Below are positions 30,856 through 41,600 of a DNA stretch of 64,000 bases, piece after piece. Made by a program: the position numbers and the translations under genes. This stretch comes from Vulcanimicrobiota bacterium (lineage in GTDB: Bacteria; Vulcanimicrobiota; Vulcanimicrobiia; Vulcanimicrobiales; Vulcanimicrobiaceae): positions 1,376,001 to 1,440,000 of the forward strand of contig CAVTCS010000003.1 of NCBI GenBank assembly GCA_963733295.1, given 5' to 3'. The stretch's first letter is position 1; each line of letters opens with the position of its first letter. The notes below the pieces were generated by a model, which was given only the letters and a program-made list of their open reading frames with translations, was not told where the DNA came from and did not search any database.

Positions 30856-31072
30856 TCCGTGAGCTAGTCAGCGCTCTGGCATTAGAGGAGATCGAATGGC
30901 CTTCAAAGTCACTTGCCCGCTGTGCGGCGAAGTTCTCATCGCCGGCGACGAAGATGCCCTGGTCGTAGCGGCTGATGCACACGGCGACGACAAACACGGC
31001 ATGCGAGCGCCACGCGAAATGATTCTCTCCAACGCCGAGGAGTACTAGGCCGGCGCTCGCCCGGTATCTCGC

Positions 31073-32059
31073 ATGAGCACCGCGCAGTTTCCGGACGAAC
31101 AACTCGACGGCGCATTCGTGCGCCAAGCCGACGCCTTCACCGGCTGGGTCAAGGCCGACGCGAATTCAGAATTTCCCGCCGAATCCGGGCGTTACCACCT
31201 GTACGTTTCGTTCGCGTGTCCGTGGGCGCATCGCACGATCATCGTACGGATGCTCAAAGGCCTCGAAGAAGCCATCGGCATGACGGTCGTCGATCCGATT
31301 CGGGACGATCTCGGCTGGGCGTTTCGCGAAGGTCCGGGCTCCTCGAGCGACCCGGTCAACGGCTTCCGCTATCTGTCCGAAGCCTACCGCGACACGGATC
31401 CGAACTACGTGGGTCGAGTGACCGTGCCGGTCCTTTGGGACAAGAAGACGAGTCGCATCGTCAGCAACAACGACGACGATATCATGCGGATGCTCGAAAT
31501 CGAGTTCGACGCCTTCGCGAAGCGCGACATCGACCTCTTCCCCCGTGTGCTGGCTGGGCAAATCGACGCCCTCAACGCAACGATTTACGAGGCCGTCAAC
31601 AACGGCGTCTACCGCGCCGGCTTCGCGACCTCGCAACGCGTCTACGAAGCGGCGGCCTATCGGGTTTTCGAGGAACTCGACCGCCTGGAAGCCCGTTTAG
31701 GCTCGAGCCGCTTCCTGTTCGGTGCCTCGCCCGTGGAAACCGATTGGCGCCTGTTCGTCACGCTGATTCGGTTCGACGCGGTGTACGTGGGGCATTTCAA
31801 GTGTAACCTGCGACGCATCGTCGACTATCCGAATTTGTGGGGCTACTTGCGCGACCTTTACCAATTCCGCAACGTGGGTGACACGGTCAACCTCGATCAC
31901 ATCAAACGTCATTACTACGTCACTCACGACGACATCAACCCGACACGCATCGTACCGGTCGGTCCGGAGCTCGACCTCTCGTCGCCGCACGGTCGGGAAG
32001 CGCTCTGGCCCGCTTTAGCCGCCGTCGACGCTAGCGGACGGCCAGCAAAACCCACGTGA
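31073..32059 (+). CDS. Glutathionyl-hydroquinone reductase (GST Xi class, YqjG-like)
   Basis: GRYHLYVSFACPWAHR, VTVPVLWD, NNGVYRAGFA, HIKRHYY. Confidence 0.93.
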   Translation: MSTAQFPDEQLDGAFVRQADAFTGWVKADANSEFPAESGRYHLYVSFACPWAHRTIIVRMLKGLEEAIGMTVVDPIRDDLGWAFREGPGSSSDPVNGFRYLSEAYRDTDPNYVGRVTVPVLWDKKTSRIVSNNDDDIMRMLEIEFDAFAKRDIDLFPRVLAGQIDALNATIYEAVNNGVYRAGFATSQRVYEAAAYRVFEELDRLEARLGSSRFLFGASPVETDWRLFVTLIRFDAVYVGHFKCNLRRIVDYPNLWGYLRDLYQFRNVGDTVNLDHIKRHYYVTHDDINPTRIVPVGPELDLSSPHGREALWPALAAVDASGRPAKPT

Positions 32060-32396
32060 CGACGAAGCCCATGATCGCGATCGTTCCGGCGATGAACACG
32101 GCGGCCTCGTCGGGCAGCGTCGCGTTAGCGCCGTCGCGAAGCGCCCGCGCGGTGGCGATGTAACGATACGCTCCGTAGGCCGCGCAGGCCACGCCGACGA
32201 GAGCCATGATCGTTCCGAATATCGTCGACATCGTCGGTGCCGCCTCTGTGACGTGCGCGACGACGGCGATTTCGCGCGTGAAGAGCGCGAAGCGTGCGAT
32301 GACGAAACCGAACGCGATGAACGCCAACGCGGTTCGCACGTAGGCTAGGAACGTTCGCTCGTTCGCCAATGTGTCGGCAGGGCGTGATTGGTTCAT
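32031..32396 (-). CDS. DUF202 / YidH family membrane protein
   Basis: LANERTFLAYVRT motif. Confidence 0.88.
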   Translation of the reverse strand: MNQSRPADTLANERTFLAYVRTALAFIAFGFVIARFALFTREIAVVAHVTEAAPTMSTIFGTIMALVGVACAAYGAYRYIATARALRDGANATLPDEAAVFIAGTIAIMGFVVTWVLLAVR

Positions 32397-32447
32397 CGAG
32401 TTCGATCTAGCGCGCTTTAGGCCGTCCATCGCCGGCCGCCGAAGCGG

Positions 32448-33104
32448 TTAGAGGATGCCGGCCGTCTCCGGAGCGCGTGTGGGAACCTCGTCGGTCCTCG
32501 CACGGCTCGCACCGTCTTGGTTCCAGTTGAGAACCTTCGCGACCATCGCAGCCCGGTTTCTGGAAGCCGTCTTACTCAAGAGGCTTTTCAGATACCCCTG
32601 CGCGGTATATTCGGAGATCGTTAACGCCCGAGCGATTTCCGCGGCCCCTGCGCCCTCGAGCACGAGAGCCAGAACCTGCGCCTGACGCTTGGTGAGCGAG
32701 AAGCGGCCCGCCGCGCGCGAAATGCTGTTGCAGTCGCGATCCGCCTCCACGATTATGCCGAACGCCTTCTCCTCGGATCCGAAGAGCGGCGAAATCCGAA
32801 TTGTATGCTTCTCGCCCAAGAGAATTATGCGACGTTCGTCGGAGTTGCCCGAAACGAGTTCGTCGATCATCGAGGCGACCCGCGCCCGAATGTCCGGACG
32901 TAACGAACCGTCGTCGTCAAGCATCAGCGCCTTGGTTTGCGCCGACAGCCCGCCGTCCCAGAAGTGGAATTTCACGCGACAGAGCGCATCGATAACGATG
33001 AGCCCGAGATAGTCAGAACTCGATTCTCTACGACGGTCGATCATGAGATTCGACCGCGGCGCTTCGATAGGTCGCTGGAACAAGGAAAACCATCTTTCGC
33101 TCAA
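32448..33104 (-). CDS. LuxR-type HTH transcriptional regulator
   Basis: LTKRQAQVLALVLEG...EIARALTISEYTAQGYLKSLLSK. Confidence 0.85.
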   Translation of the reverse strand: MSERWFSLFQRPIEAPRSNLMIDRRRESSSDYLGLIVIDALCRVKFHFWDGGLSAQTKALMLDDDGSLRPDIRARVASMIDELVSGNSDERRIILLGEKHTIRISPLFGSEEKAFGIIVEADRDCNSISRAAGRFSLTKRQAQVLALVLEGAGAAEIARALTISEYTAQGYLKSLLSKTASRNRAAMVAKVLNWNQDGASRARTDEVPTRAPETAGIL

Positions 33105-33998
33105 CCCGAGGGAACGGCAAAGAAGACCTTAGTAGGCGCTGCGACGACGACGCCGGTTGGGAGACGAGGGTAAAAGGAACCGCCGTCGACACCCTGGGCT
33201 AGCGTCTGCCGTTAACGTTAACAGAATGTGCGCGACATCACCACACAATTGTGCATTTTCGGCATCACACAAACGTCACACTTTGCAGGACCTCCTGGGC
33301 CGGGAGGACTTCCTTGGGTGCATGGCGACTGATCTGACGCTTAATTGTTCGCTGTCCGAAGCGACGGCGCCACCCGGGAACCCTCGACCGGAAGAGGCCC
33401 TGAGGCCCGCAGGCCCCACGACCGACGAGCGCGACAGCCGTGCGTCTCGCGGAGCCCGACGGGCAGACCCGGGATCGGCGACTGCCGTTGCTCTCGGACG
33501 CGGGCATCGGCTGCCGACGCATCGATGCGCCCGCAACACCTCGACCTGGCCTTCGGTCCGCTTCAGGCTTCATGAAATCGTTAAGATCCGCGTGAAGAGC
33601 GCATCGTGTGTCTTATCGCTTGCGGGAGCGCGCCGGCCAGCCGTGACCGCTTCCGTACCCTTAGGCGGTGTCAGCTAGCGTCGAGTCTCAGTCGCTGCAA
33701 GAATTCGTTTGCTCATGAACTAATTGTCGCGCACTCGCGCGCCGTCTGAATCACCGTACTTTTTGGTAAGAATTGTCAGTTCGTATCCAGCGATTGCTTG
33801 CCTGGGCAGCGTTGCTCGTCACGTATTTGTTGTTCGATGCGAAGGAAAGGCGGTGTGCTCTGTCACAGATGGATTTTAACGAGGTTCGAGTTCATGTTTG
33901 CCTCGAAGACTGTCGCGCTAAGCGTATCTGTAAGTGGCAGTCTTTATGTTGCGATATACCCCCGCCACTTCGCGCTTGTGGGAAGTTATCCGATTCGC

Positions 33999-35594
33999 TT
34001 GAATCCACGTGTCGCGCTGCGTTCGATTATTCACGAGCAGTATCGGAAAGCGTTACGCATAGGGCGAACGTTCGTACGTCCGATCCTTCTCTTTGGATTC
34101 GGCGCCATGGTCACGTTTGCGGGATGCAGTGGCGGCGCTTCGAACACGACACTGCCTGCAGCCGGGAGCCGACCGGGCACACCGGGCGAACAGACGCCGC
34201 CCGGCGCTACGCCGCTGCCCGGAAGTTCCGCAACGCCGGGACCGGGCGGATCTTCGCTCCCGCTCACGTACAACGCTACAAAGGCCTGCATCAATCACGT
34301 CAGCTTTACGAATACCGTGTTACCGGCGAATGAAGGCGAATTCGGAACGAGCGGACTCGACCGATCGTTCTGGGGCGGTATCAAGACTCGCACGCACCCG
34401 CCAACAGCGACCTGGGGACCAGGCTTCTACCCGTCTTGGGGACGCCATCAGTACGACACGTACATGGGCGACAACTCGGACGGAACTGGGTACGATCCAT
34501 TCGCGGTCGTCGCCGACGGCGCTGTGTCCGGATCTCCCAAGGCCCTCCGCATCGAAGCCATGCCCATGCCGTCGCCCATTGCGACGTCGCTCACCGTCAT
34601 GGCGAACGATCAGTGGATAGTCGCGAGTGCTGAGTCGGCCTTCTCGGTTCCGAGTGAGGGTGGCTCCCTAACGCTGAACGTGAACAACGTGAACAGCGCT
34701 CAGAACGGTTGGAAAGTCGGCATAGGGTATCAGGGCGCGCCGATAACCTTTGTCGGCACCTTGACTTCGGGCGGCGCAACGACGTCCGGCAACGGAACGG
34801 GCGGCTCGAACCCGTGGACCATCTCCAACGTCCACATCTATTCCGGCACCACCGGGACGACGATTACGCCTGGTTCGAACGACGAAGGCGGCTTGCGGGC
34901 CTACTCCTTCCCGCAGTTTTATAGTGGAACTCTCGACGCGAACGTCAATCAGCAGTATGGATTCTTCGTGGCACGCGTGCGCTTGCCGCAGCCGTTGCCG
35001 GACCTCTCCCCTGCGTGGTGGATGCTGGAAACGGGCGGAGTCGGCACGAACGGCGGTCAACTGCTGCGCAGCGAATGGGACATCGAAGAGCAGTTCGGCG
35101 CGGTCTACAGTTACGAACTCAACGCCGGCAACATCCTGTGGAACTCGGGCGGCCCCGGCATAGCCTACGGTTGCGGACTCAGCTGCCCGGCCGGCAATAA
35201 TACGACGGGCGCAGGGGCGACGGGAGTTTACCCTTGGCTATCGACCTCGGGCAGCAACTTCAACTCGAGCTATCACGACTACGGCGTACTGGTTCAGTCC
35301 GGCGGCCCGGCCTTCCCCACGAACTACTCGGGCGGTGCGGGCGGCGTCTACGTGGAGAACGGGTCGCCTTGGTCGGGTACGACGTTCTTCCTCGATGGGT
35401 ATCCGATCCCCGGACATATCGGCCAGCCCAATCTGACGCAAGGGTCGCCGGATAAGGAACTCATGATGATGTTCCAGGTGGGCATCCCCGGTTCGTGGCT
35501 CGATCCGAGTTCGCAGGCGTTCTCGAATCCGTGGCCCCAGTACATGTACGTTCAGTGGATCCGGGCCTACGCACCGACTTCCAGTTCGTGCTAG
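33999..35594 (+). CDS. GH16-like glycoside hydrolase lipoprotein (start uncertain)
   Basis: Lipobox FAGC, Pro/Thr linker, YGFFVARVRLP...PAWWML, catalytic ExDxxE motif EWDIEE, YHDYGV, YVQWIRAY. Confidence 0.7.
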   Translation: MNPRVALRSIIHEQYRKALRIGRTFVRPILLFGFGAMVTFAGCSGGASNTTLPAAGSRPGTPGEQTPPGATPLPGSSATPGPGGSSLPLTYNATKACINHVSFTNTVLPANEGEFGTSGLDRSFWGGIKTRTHPPTATWGPGFYPSWGRHQYDTYMGDNSDGTGYDPFAVVADGAVSGSPKALRIEAMPMPSPIATSLTVMANDQWIVASAESAFSVPSEGGSLTLNVNNVNSAQNGWKVGIGYQGAPITFVGTLTSGGATTSGNGTGGSNPWTISNVHIYSGTTGTTITPGSNDEGGLRAYSFPQFYSGTLDANVNQQYGFFVARVRLPQPLPDLSPAWWMLETGGVGTNGGQLLRSEWDIEEQFGAVYSYELNAGNILWNSGGPGIAYGCGLSCPAGNNTTGAGATGVYPWLSTSGSNFNSSYHDYGVLVQSGGPAFPTNYSGGAGGVYVENGSPWSGTTFFLDGYPIPGHIGQPNLTQGSPDKELMMMFQVGIPGSWLDPSSQAFSNPWPQYMYVQWIRAYAPTSSSC

Positions 35595-35606
35595 TGTTTC
35601 GTTGCA

Positions 35607-37355
35607 TCATTGATAGCAATTACGAGGATCGCGAAAGCGCGAGAGCCGCGCAGGCACCGGCGTACTCGGATTTGGTTTACCAGCCCATGCTCGAGGTGAT
35701 GGAGTATCTGCGTTAAGAGGCTCTTTTCGCTCGAAGATTAAGGCCCCGCCGACGGATTTCGGCTCCCCGTACTGCTTCCCCATTTCTCGCCTTGCGAGAT
35801 CGATCACGCGAAACCACGGCACGAACAAATCCGGTCGCACGTCTCCCCTGTCTAAGGTAGACCCCGTGGCGAACCCTGCGATCGAATAGAAATGCGGCTC
35901 GAGATCGAGCCGCGTACTCGGAACCTGCAGCACGACGATCCTCGGCGGGCAGCGAAAAATTGCTCTCACTTCTCGCGACACGTTGACTGCACTGATGCGC
36001 AGGCCATACTGGTTGGTTAGAAAATAGCTGAAACCGTAGCGAGTTGGAATCGTTGCGCCCGATAACGCATACTCGAACGCAGATTCAGGGCTCACGATAA
36101 AGACGCAGTCGGCCGATCCAACTCTGCCCCTGAGGTATTCGACGATGGTGCCCACCCGATCTTCATACTTTGGATCGCTGCTTTCGCGGTGAGCCACAAT
36201 CTCGTACGCGAGATAGAGGGGCTTGGCGACCTGAAACGCGGCGATCGCTGCAAGCGATATACCGACTACCCGTCGCCGCATCGCCCGGCCCTCGCAAAGT
36301 CTATCGATGCCGCCCACCAGCACGATTGATCCTAACACTAAGAGCGGCTCGATCAGTGGTAGGATCCAGTGCGACTCATAGACTCCGAGGGACAGCGCGC
36401 CCAGACTGTCTATCGTAAACCATAGCAATGAGATCAACACTGCACGTCCGAGGACCGTGTCCTTCGGGGCCGCAAAACGCAGATACAACGGGGATAGAAG
36501 CGCGAGCTCTAAGAGCGGAAAGAGCGTCACCAGCGCTCTTAGAAACCTCGCGAAATTCTCCCGCGTTGAAAACCCCAGGCCGGCGCGCCGGATGTTCGCT
36601 TCGATAGAAGACCGGTATAGGTCATCCAAATGCCCGGTAATTGAGAACCACAACGGCACGAGCGAGATTGGGAATGCAATCCCTGCGATGAAAATCGAAA
36701 CGTTTCTCAAGATCAATTCGCGCGAACTAAACAAGCCGATCGCTACGAGTGCAGCGATGACGTCATAGATCACCGACTCTTTGATGCACATTCCCAGGCC
36801 GAGCAGTAGTCCCGCCGTCGCATATCGTGCCCAAGACCCGTTCTCCGCGCGGCCCTTCACCGGCCAAACGAGCGCGAGCCCGCCGGCAACGAGTGGCATG
36901 AAAAAGATCTCGGTATTCGCCTCTAATCCACTCAGATGCGACGTGAACAGCACGTACCCCCAAGCAGCAATGAACGCCATGTTCCGCCGCCCTCCCGTCG
37001 CGGAGGTTGTCAGCTTGTACATCGCATATGCGCCGGCCGCAATGGCCACGCAAGAGGCGATGCGCAACGCACGCGGCGTCTCTCCGAATATTGTCAGAGC
37101 GACGGCGAAGAGGAGGTAGATACCCGGGGGCTTATTGTCGAACGTGTGCGTGTATGGAGCATATCCGCGCAACATGTCGTGTGCCATCAAGAAATAAAGG
37201 CTCTCGTCGAGTCCCACCGAGGAATAGAAAAATGACGGCGAGCGCAAGATTATAATCGCCAAGCCGATAAGCACGATTGCTACAAGGACCGGGGTCTTTG
37301 TGCTGGTGACTGAAGCGGATGGCTCGTCTTTTGGGGCAGATCGTGAGTCTTGCAA
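35607..37355 (-). CDS. ArnT/PMT-like (GT39/GT83-type) integral membrane glycosyltransferase
   Basis: DESLY...PY...DNKPPG, NTE, IKE; multiple TM helices. Confidence 0.8.
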   Translation of the reverse strand: MQDSRSAPKDEPSASVTSTKTPVLVAIVLIGLAIIILRSPSFFYSSVGLDESLYFLMAHDMLRGYAPYTHTFDNKPPGIYLLFAVALTIFGETPRALRIASCVAIAAGAYAMYKLTTSATGGRRNMAFIAAWGYVLFTSHLSGLEANTEIFFMPLVAGGLALVWPVKGRAENGSWARYATAGLLLGLGMCIKESVIYDVIAALVAIGLFSSRELILRNVSIFIAGIAFPISLVPLWFSITGHLDDLYRSSIEANIRRAGLGFSTRENFARFLRALVTLFPLLELALLSPLYLRFAAPKDTVLGRAVLISLLWFTIDSLGALSLGVYESHWILPLIEPLLVLGSIVLVGGIDRLCEGRAMRRRVVGISLAAIAAFQVAKPLYLAYEIVAHRESSDPKYEDRVGTIVEYLRGRVGSADCVFIVSPESAFEYALSGATIPTRYGFSYFLTNQYGLRISAVNVSREVRAIFRCPPRIVVLQVPSTRLDLEPHFYSIAGFATGSTLDRGDVRPDLFVPWFRVIDLARREMGKQYGEPKSVGGALIFERKEPLNADTPSPRAWAGKPNPSTPVPARLSRFRDPRNCYQ

Positions 37356-37731
37356 GCTGACTAATAATGCCGGAAGCCTCCGAGGTTCCTACCTAGGCCC
37401 CTCTCGGCAACCTCGTAAGGACTTACGCACGCGCTTAGGTCGATCGTAGGCGCGGTACGCGTACCCTAGTGTTTGGTTGCATGTTTGACAGTGATTATGC
37501 TTGTAATGGTGCTGTGTCGAGTCGCTCCTTTGATCGAGTTGACCGCAGATGTGCGCGTTGCGTTGCGTAAGTTGGTGCAATCGTCTTCCGCGGAACGTCG
37601 CCATCGCGCACTGGCGGACTCCGCCGCGGCACGAACTTTGGCGATGTAACACGCGACGCCAATGTGGTGGAACGAGGTGCCCACAAGCGCCTCACGCAGA
37701 AGTTTCGGCTGCGCTCCCGCTTGTGACGCGA

Positions 37732-38653
37732 TCATCGGGCCGCACTTCCAAGCGCCGGCGTCGATTCGGCCGCACGTACCGCCATCGCAATGGCCGCGTC
37801 GCGCACTTCGGGAGCGGTCGCCGTATAACCCTCGATCGAGAAGGCGATATCGTCGTCTCGGAGTTTTTCCATGAAGGCCGGCAGATCGGCTGCCGCCAGC
37901 GGTCCCGGGCCCCAGTACGTATGACACCAAGAGCGCTCGTCGATCCAAACTCGGGCCGCCTCGCGTCCGAGCACTTTATCGACGAAAAGCCCGTACGTCA
38001 GATATTCGGACACCGATCGTGCACGCGTGTACGCGACGTGCCATGGAACCCCCGTCACGTGCTCGATCCGCTTGCACACTTCGAGCACGACAAGCCGGTT
38101 CCAACTGATCACGTTGCCCACGTAGTCTGCCATCGGGATCGATTCGGGCGTTACGCCGAGAAGCCGCGAAACGTTGCGATTCCACTTCACGTGCTGCATG
38201 CCGGCCACGACTCCGTTCGGAAGCCGGTACATGCGCGTCATTCCTTCGCGGGTGAAGCGCGTGGGATCGACCGGCCGGATGAACCGAACGTCGGAATCGA
38301 CGTTGACGAGAACGTCTTCGTCGGCAAAGGATGCCGCGGAAAGTTTAACGAGCTGCTGAACGAGCCAGCCGAGGGCCGGACGCAGCGCCGGAGTCGAGAA
38401 CCACCAACGCTTTGTAAACTCGAGCTTGAAATACCCGGGCGGAATCACGTCCTCAACCGCGGCCACGACGGTCCGATCGTTCTCGCAGGGGCTTGAACAT
38501 CGGAATGTCGCGACGATCCACGATCACGTAATGCCTCGTCGGCGCCGGCCAAAAACGCATGATGCTTTCGTTGAGAGCGCGACACATTTGAAAATCTCTC
38601 GCGAAACTCGGCGTCACGATTGCGATCCGTGCACCGCCTGCCGATTCAGTCAT
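37732..38653 (-). CDS. DUF6492-like / glycosyltransferase-like protein (apparent frameshift near 38485)
   Basis: IVTPSFARDF...HYVIV joined to GWLVQQLVKL...VDSDVRF (DxD) and SEYLTYG. Confidence 0.65.
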
Positions 38654-41600
38654 CCAGTGTCTCCTCCAGAACGAGCGCAAGCTCTCCGATTCGCTCGTTG
38701 AGTCCGGCGACGTGACCGCCGCCCATCGGCACGATCCGGACGGAGCGGGCCACAGCGCCCCAGCCGGCCGTCGGATCATCCTCTACCATTTCTTGATCTT
38801 CCGCCCAGACAAGCGTCACCTCACCATCGTACGGCCGTGGGTGATACGAGAACCCCGCAGCGATGTGTCTGAAAGAATTCTCCGTCTCGCGCTTCCCGCG
38901 CCGTTGCGCAAAAGGCTCGGAGGGTGCGAGGGCTGCCACGTCCTCGCGATTTCGTCCGAAGCGCACCGCACGAACGGCATATCGAAGTAACTTGGCAAAG
39001 GCCGCGGGGCCCGACACGCTCGCCGCATGAACCCGAGCTAGGTTGTAGCAAAGCCGATCGCGGAGTTTCGGCGAAAGCGCAGCATTGGTCGCGATGCGCC
39101 GCAGGAGACCGTCGAGGACCGGGATCGAACGAGTGGGCATCGGGGACGCGTTGATGAGCACGAGGCGATCGACCTCATCGCCTTGCGTCGTGAGAATCCG
39201 CGCCGTCTCGTACGCGACGAGTCCGCTGACACAGAAACCACCCAACCGGTACGGTCCCTGTGGCTGAATCGCTCGGATGCGCGCCGCATAGTCGGCCGCC
39301 ATCGCCTCGATCGTATCGAGCAGCGGCAACCCGGCCGTACCGTGCGGAGCGACCGCGTGGACCGGCTGATCGGGTCCGAGTGCCGCTGCCAATCTACGGC
39401 AGTATATGCCGTTCGCAAAAAGATCGCCGTGCATAAAGGCGAGCGGGCGCCGCCGGCCCTCCGCGATTCAAGGTCAAAATCGGAATCTCGTCCGGCGAAC
39501 TCCGAGCGGGAGCTGCAAGCGCGTCGACGTACTCCGCAATCGACGCGATCGTGGCGCGCTCGAAGAGCGTGCGCAGTTCGAGTTTGACCCCGAACGTTTG
39601 CTCGACGCGCGCAACGAAGCGAAGCGCCAGCAAGGAGTGAAAGCCGAAGGAAAAGACATCCTCCTCGCGCCCGATGTTGGCTTGCGGGAGCAACTCCGAA
39701 AACAATCCGGCTACTTTCGCCTCGGTTTCCGTGCGGTAGCTCTCGCCCGAGGAGGGGACGGCATCCCTGGATGGCGCTGGCAGCGCGCGCCGGTCGACCT
39801 TGCCGTTTTCCGTTTGGGGCAACTCGGTCAAAACGACGATCTGGGACGGCTGCATGAACGCCGGTAGCCGGCTCTCCAACCACTTCCGAAGCTCGCTCTC
39901 CTCGACGTTCGCAAGTCCCGAGCGCGGCACGGCGTAAGCCCAAACGACCTTGTCGCCCGAGGCATCCCGGCCCACGACGGCGACGCTTTGCTCGATATCC
40001 GGATGCGACGCGAGCGCCGCTTCGATTTCTCCTAGTTCGACCCGGTAGCCCCGAATCTTCACCTGTTCGTCGGAACGGCCGAGAAATTCGAGCACGCCGC
40101 TGCTGCGAAAGCGTACGCGGTCGCCGGTGCGATACAGGCGAGCGGTGCGTTCGCTCGAGAACGGGTCGGCAATGAAGGAGGGCGCCGCAAGCGCCGGGCG
40201 GTTCAGGTATCCGAGAGCAACGCCGTCACCTCCGACGCACAACTCGCCGGGCACGCCGACCGGAGTCGGGTTCAACCTCGCGTCGAGGACGTACGCACTC
40301 GAATTGGCGATCGGCCGGCCGATCGGAATGCTCGACATCTCGAAATCTTGCTCGCATATTGCGTGCGTCGTGCTGAAGGTCGTATTTTCAGTCGGTCCGT
40401 ACCCGTTGAGCAAACGACAGGCCGGAAACGCGTCGAGAAAGCGCTTCGCATGAAGCGGTGAGGTCACGTCGCCGCCGGTCAGGACGCAGCGTAACGACCG
40501 CGGGCGCGCTTCGGGACTGTCAACGAAGCGCGTAAAGAGCGCAGCAGTGAGCCAAAGGAGCGTGATGCCGAAACGGTCGATCGTCGACGCCAGCTCTTCC
40601 ATCGTTTGAAGCCCCGGCGGAGGGATCGCGAGTCGCGCACCGTTGAGCAGCGGACCCCAAACCTCGAAGGTCGAGGCGTCGAAGGCGAGCGGGGCGTAGG
40701 AAAGGACCGTATCGGACGGCATGAATTCGATGTAGTTGGTCTTCCGGACGAGACGGACGATGGCGCGGTGCGGGATCGTCGTCCCTTTCGGTTCACCGGT
40801 CGAACCCGAGGTGTACATGACGTAGGCCGGCGACTCCGCGCCGAGCCCGACATCGAGCGCCTCCGCTGACTGTGCAGCGATCGCGCCGGCATCGCGCTCG
40901 AGGTCGATCAACGTGACGTCCGCTCCTCCGAAGCGCTGCGCGCTCGGGCCCTCGCTCACGACGACGCGCACACCCGCATCCGCAAGAATGAACTGCAAAC
41001 GGCGTTCCGGATAGGCCGGGTCGAGCGGCACGTAGATGCCGCCGGCCTTCAAGATACCGATGAGGGCAAAAGGAACCCGCGCCGAACGCTCGAGCGCGAC
41101 GGCGACCGGCGTTCCGCGCGCGACACCTCGATCGCGAAGATATCTCGCAAAGCGGTTCGAGCGTTCGTCGAGCTCCGCGTACGTGACCGAACCGCTCGTT
41201 TCGACCAAGGCCGCCGCAAACGGCGTTTGCTCGGCTTGACGTGCGAACAGTTGCGGCACCGTCGCGTCCCGCTCGTACGCGCTCCTAGGGCCCCGGCCCA
41301 GCGCGAGAACCTGCTCTCGCTCCTCGTCGCTCATCATCGGGACGTCGGAGATTCGCTGTGCCGGGTCGGCCGACAAGCGCTGCAGCAACGCCGCAAAGCG
41401 CGCGATCATCGCGTCGACCGTAGGCCGCTCGAAGAGATCGCTGTTGTATTCGCACGACGCCCGCCAGCCTTCGGGTCGCTCCACCATGAAGAAGTTGAGA
41501 TCGTAGATCGGACCGGCCGAGCGTGACGGCATGTCGACCAATTTGAAACTGCCGTACGTGTCGTTCTTGATAAACGAACGTTGGAAGATGAAATTCACCG

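Noticed and set aside
33395..33425. Hammerhead ribozyme (CTGAGG followed by a hairpin)
   Set aside because: Lacks the CTGANGA core and the GAAA element
33157..33678. 173-aa ORF and overlapping small ORFs in the intergenic region
   Set aside because: No motifs and low-complexity composition; the region is better explained as regulatory or RNA
38646..39434. Stand-alone type II thioesterase gene
   Set aside because: The ORF lacks the first strand of the fold; removing one base fuses it in frame to the NRPS T domain
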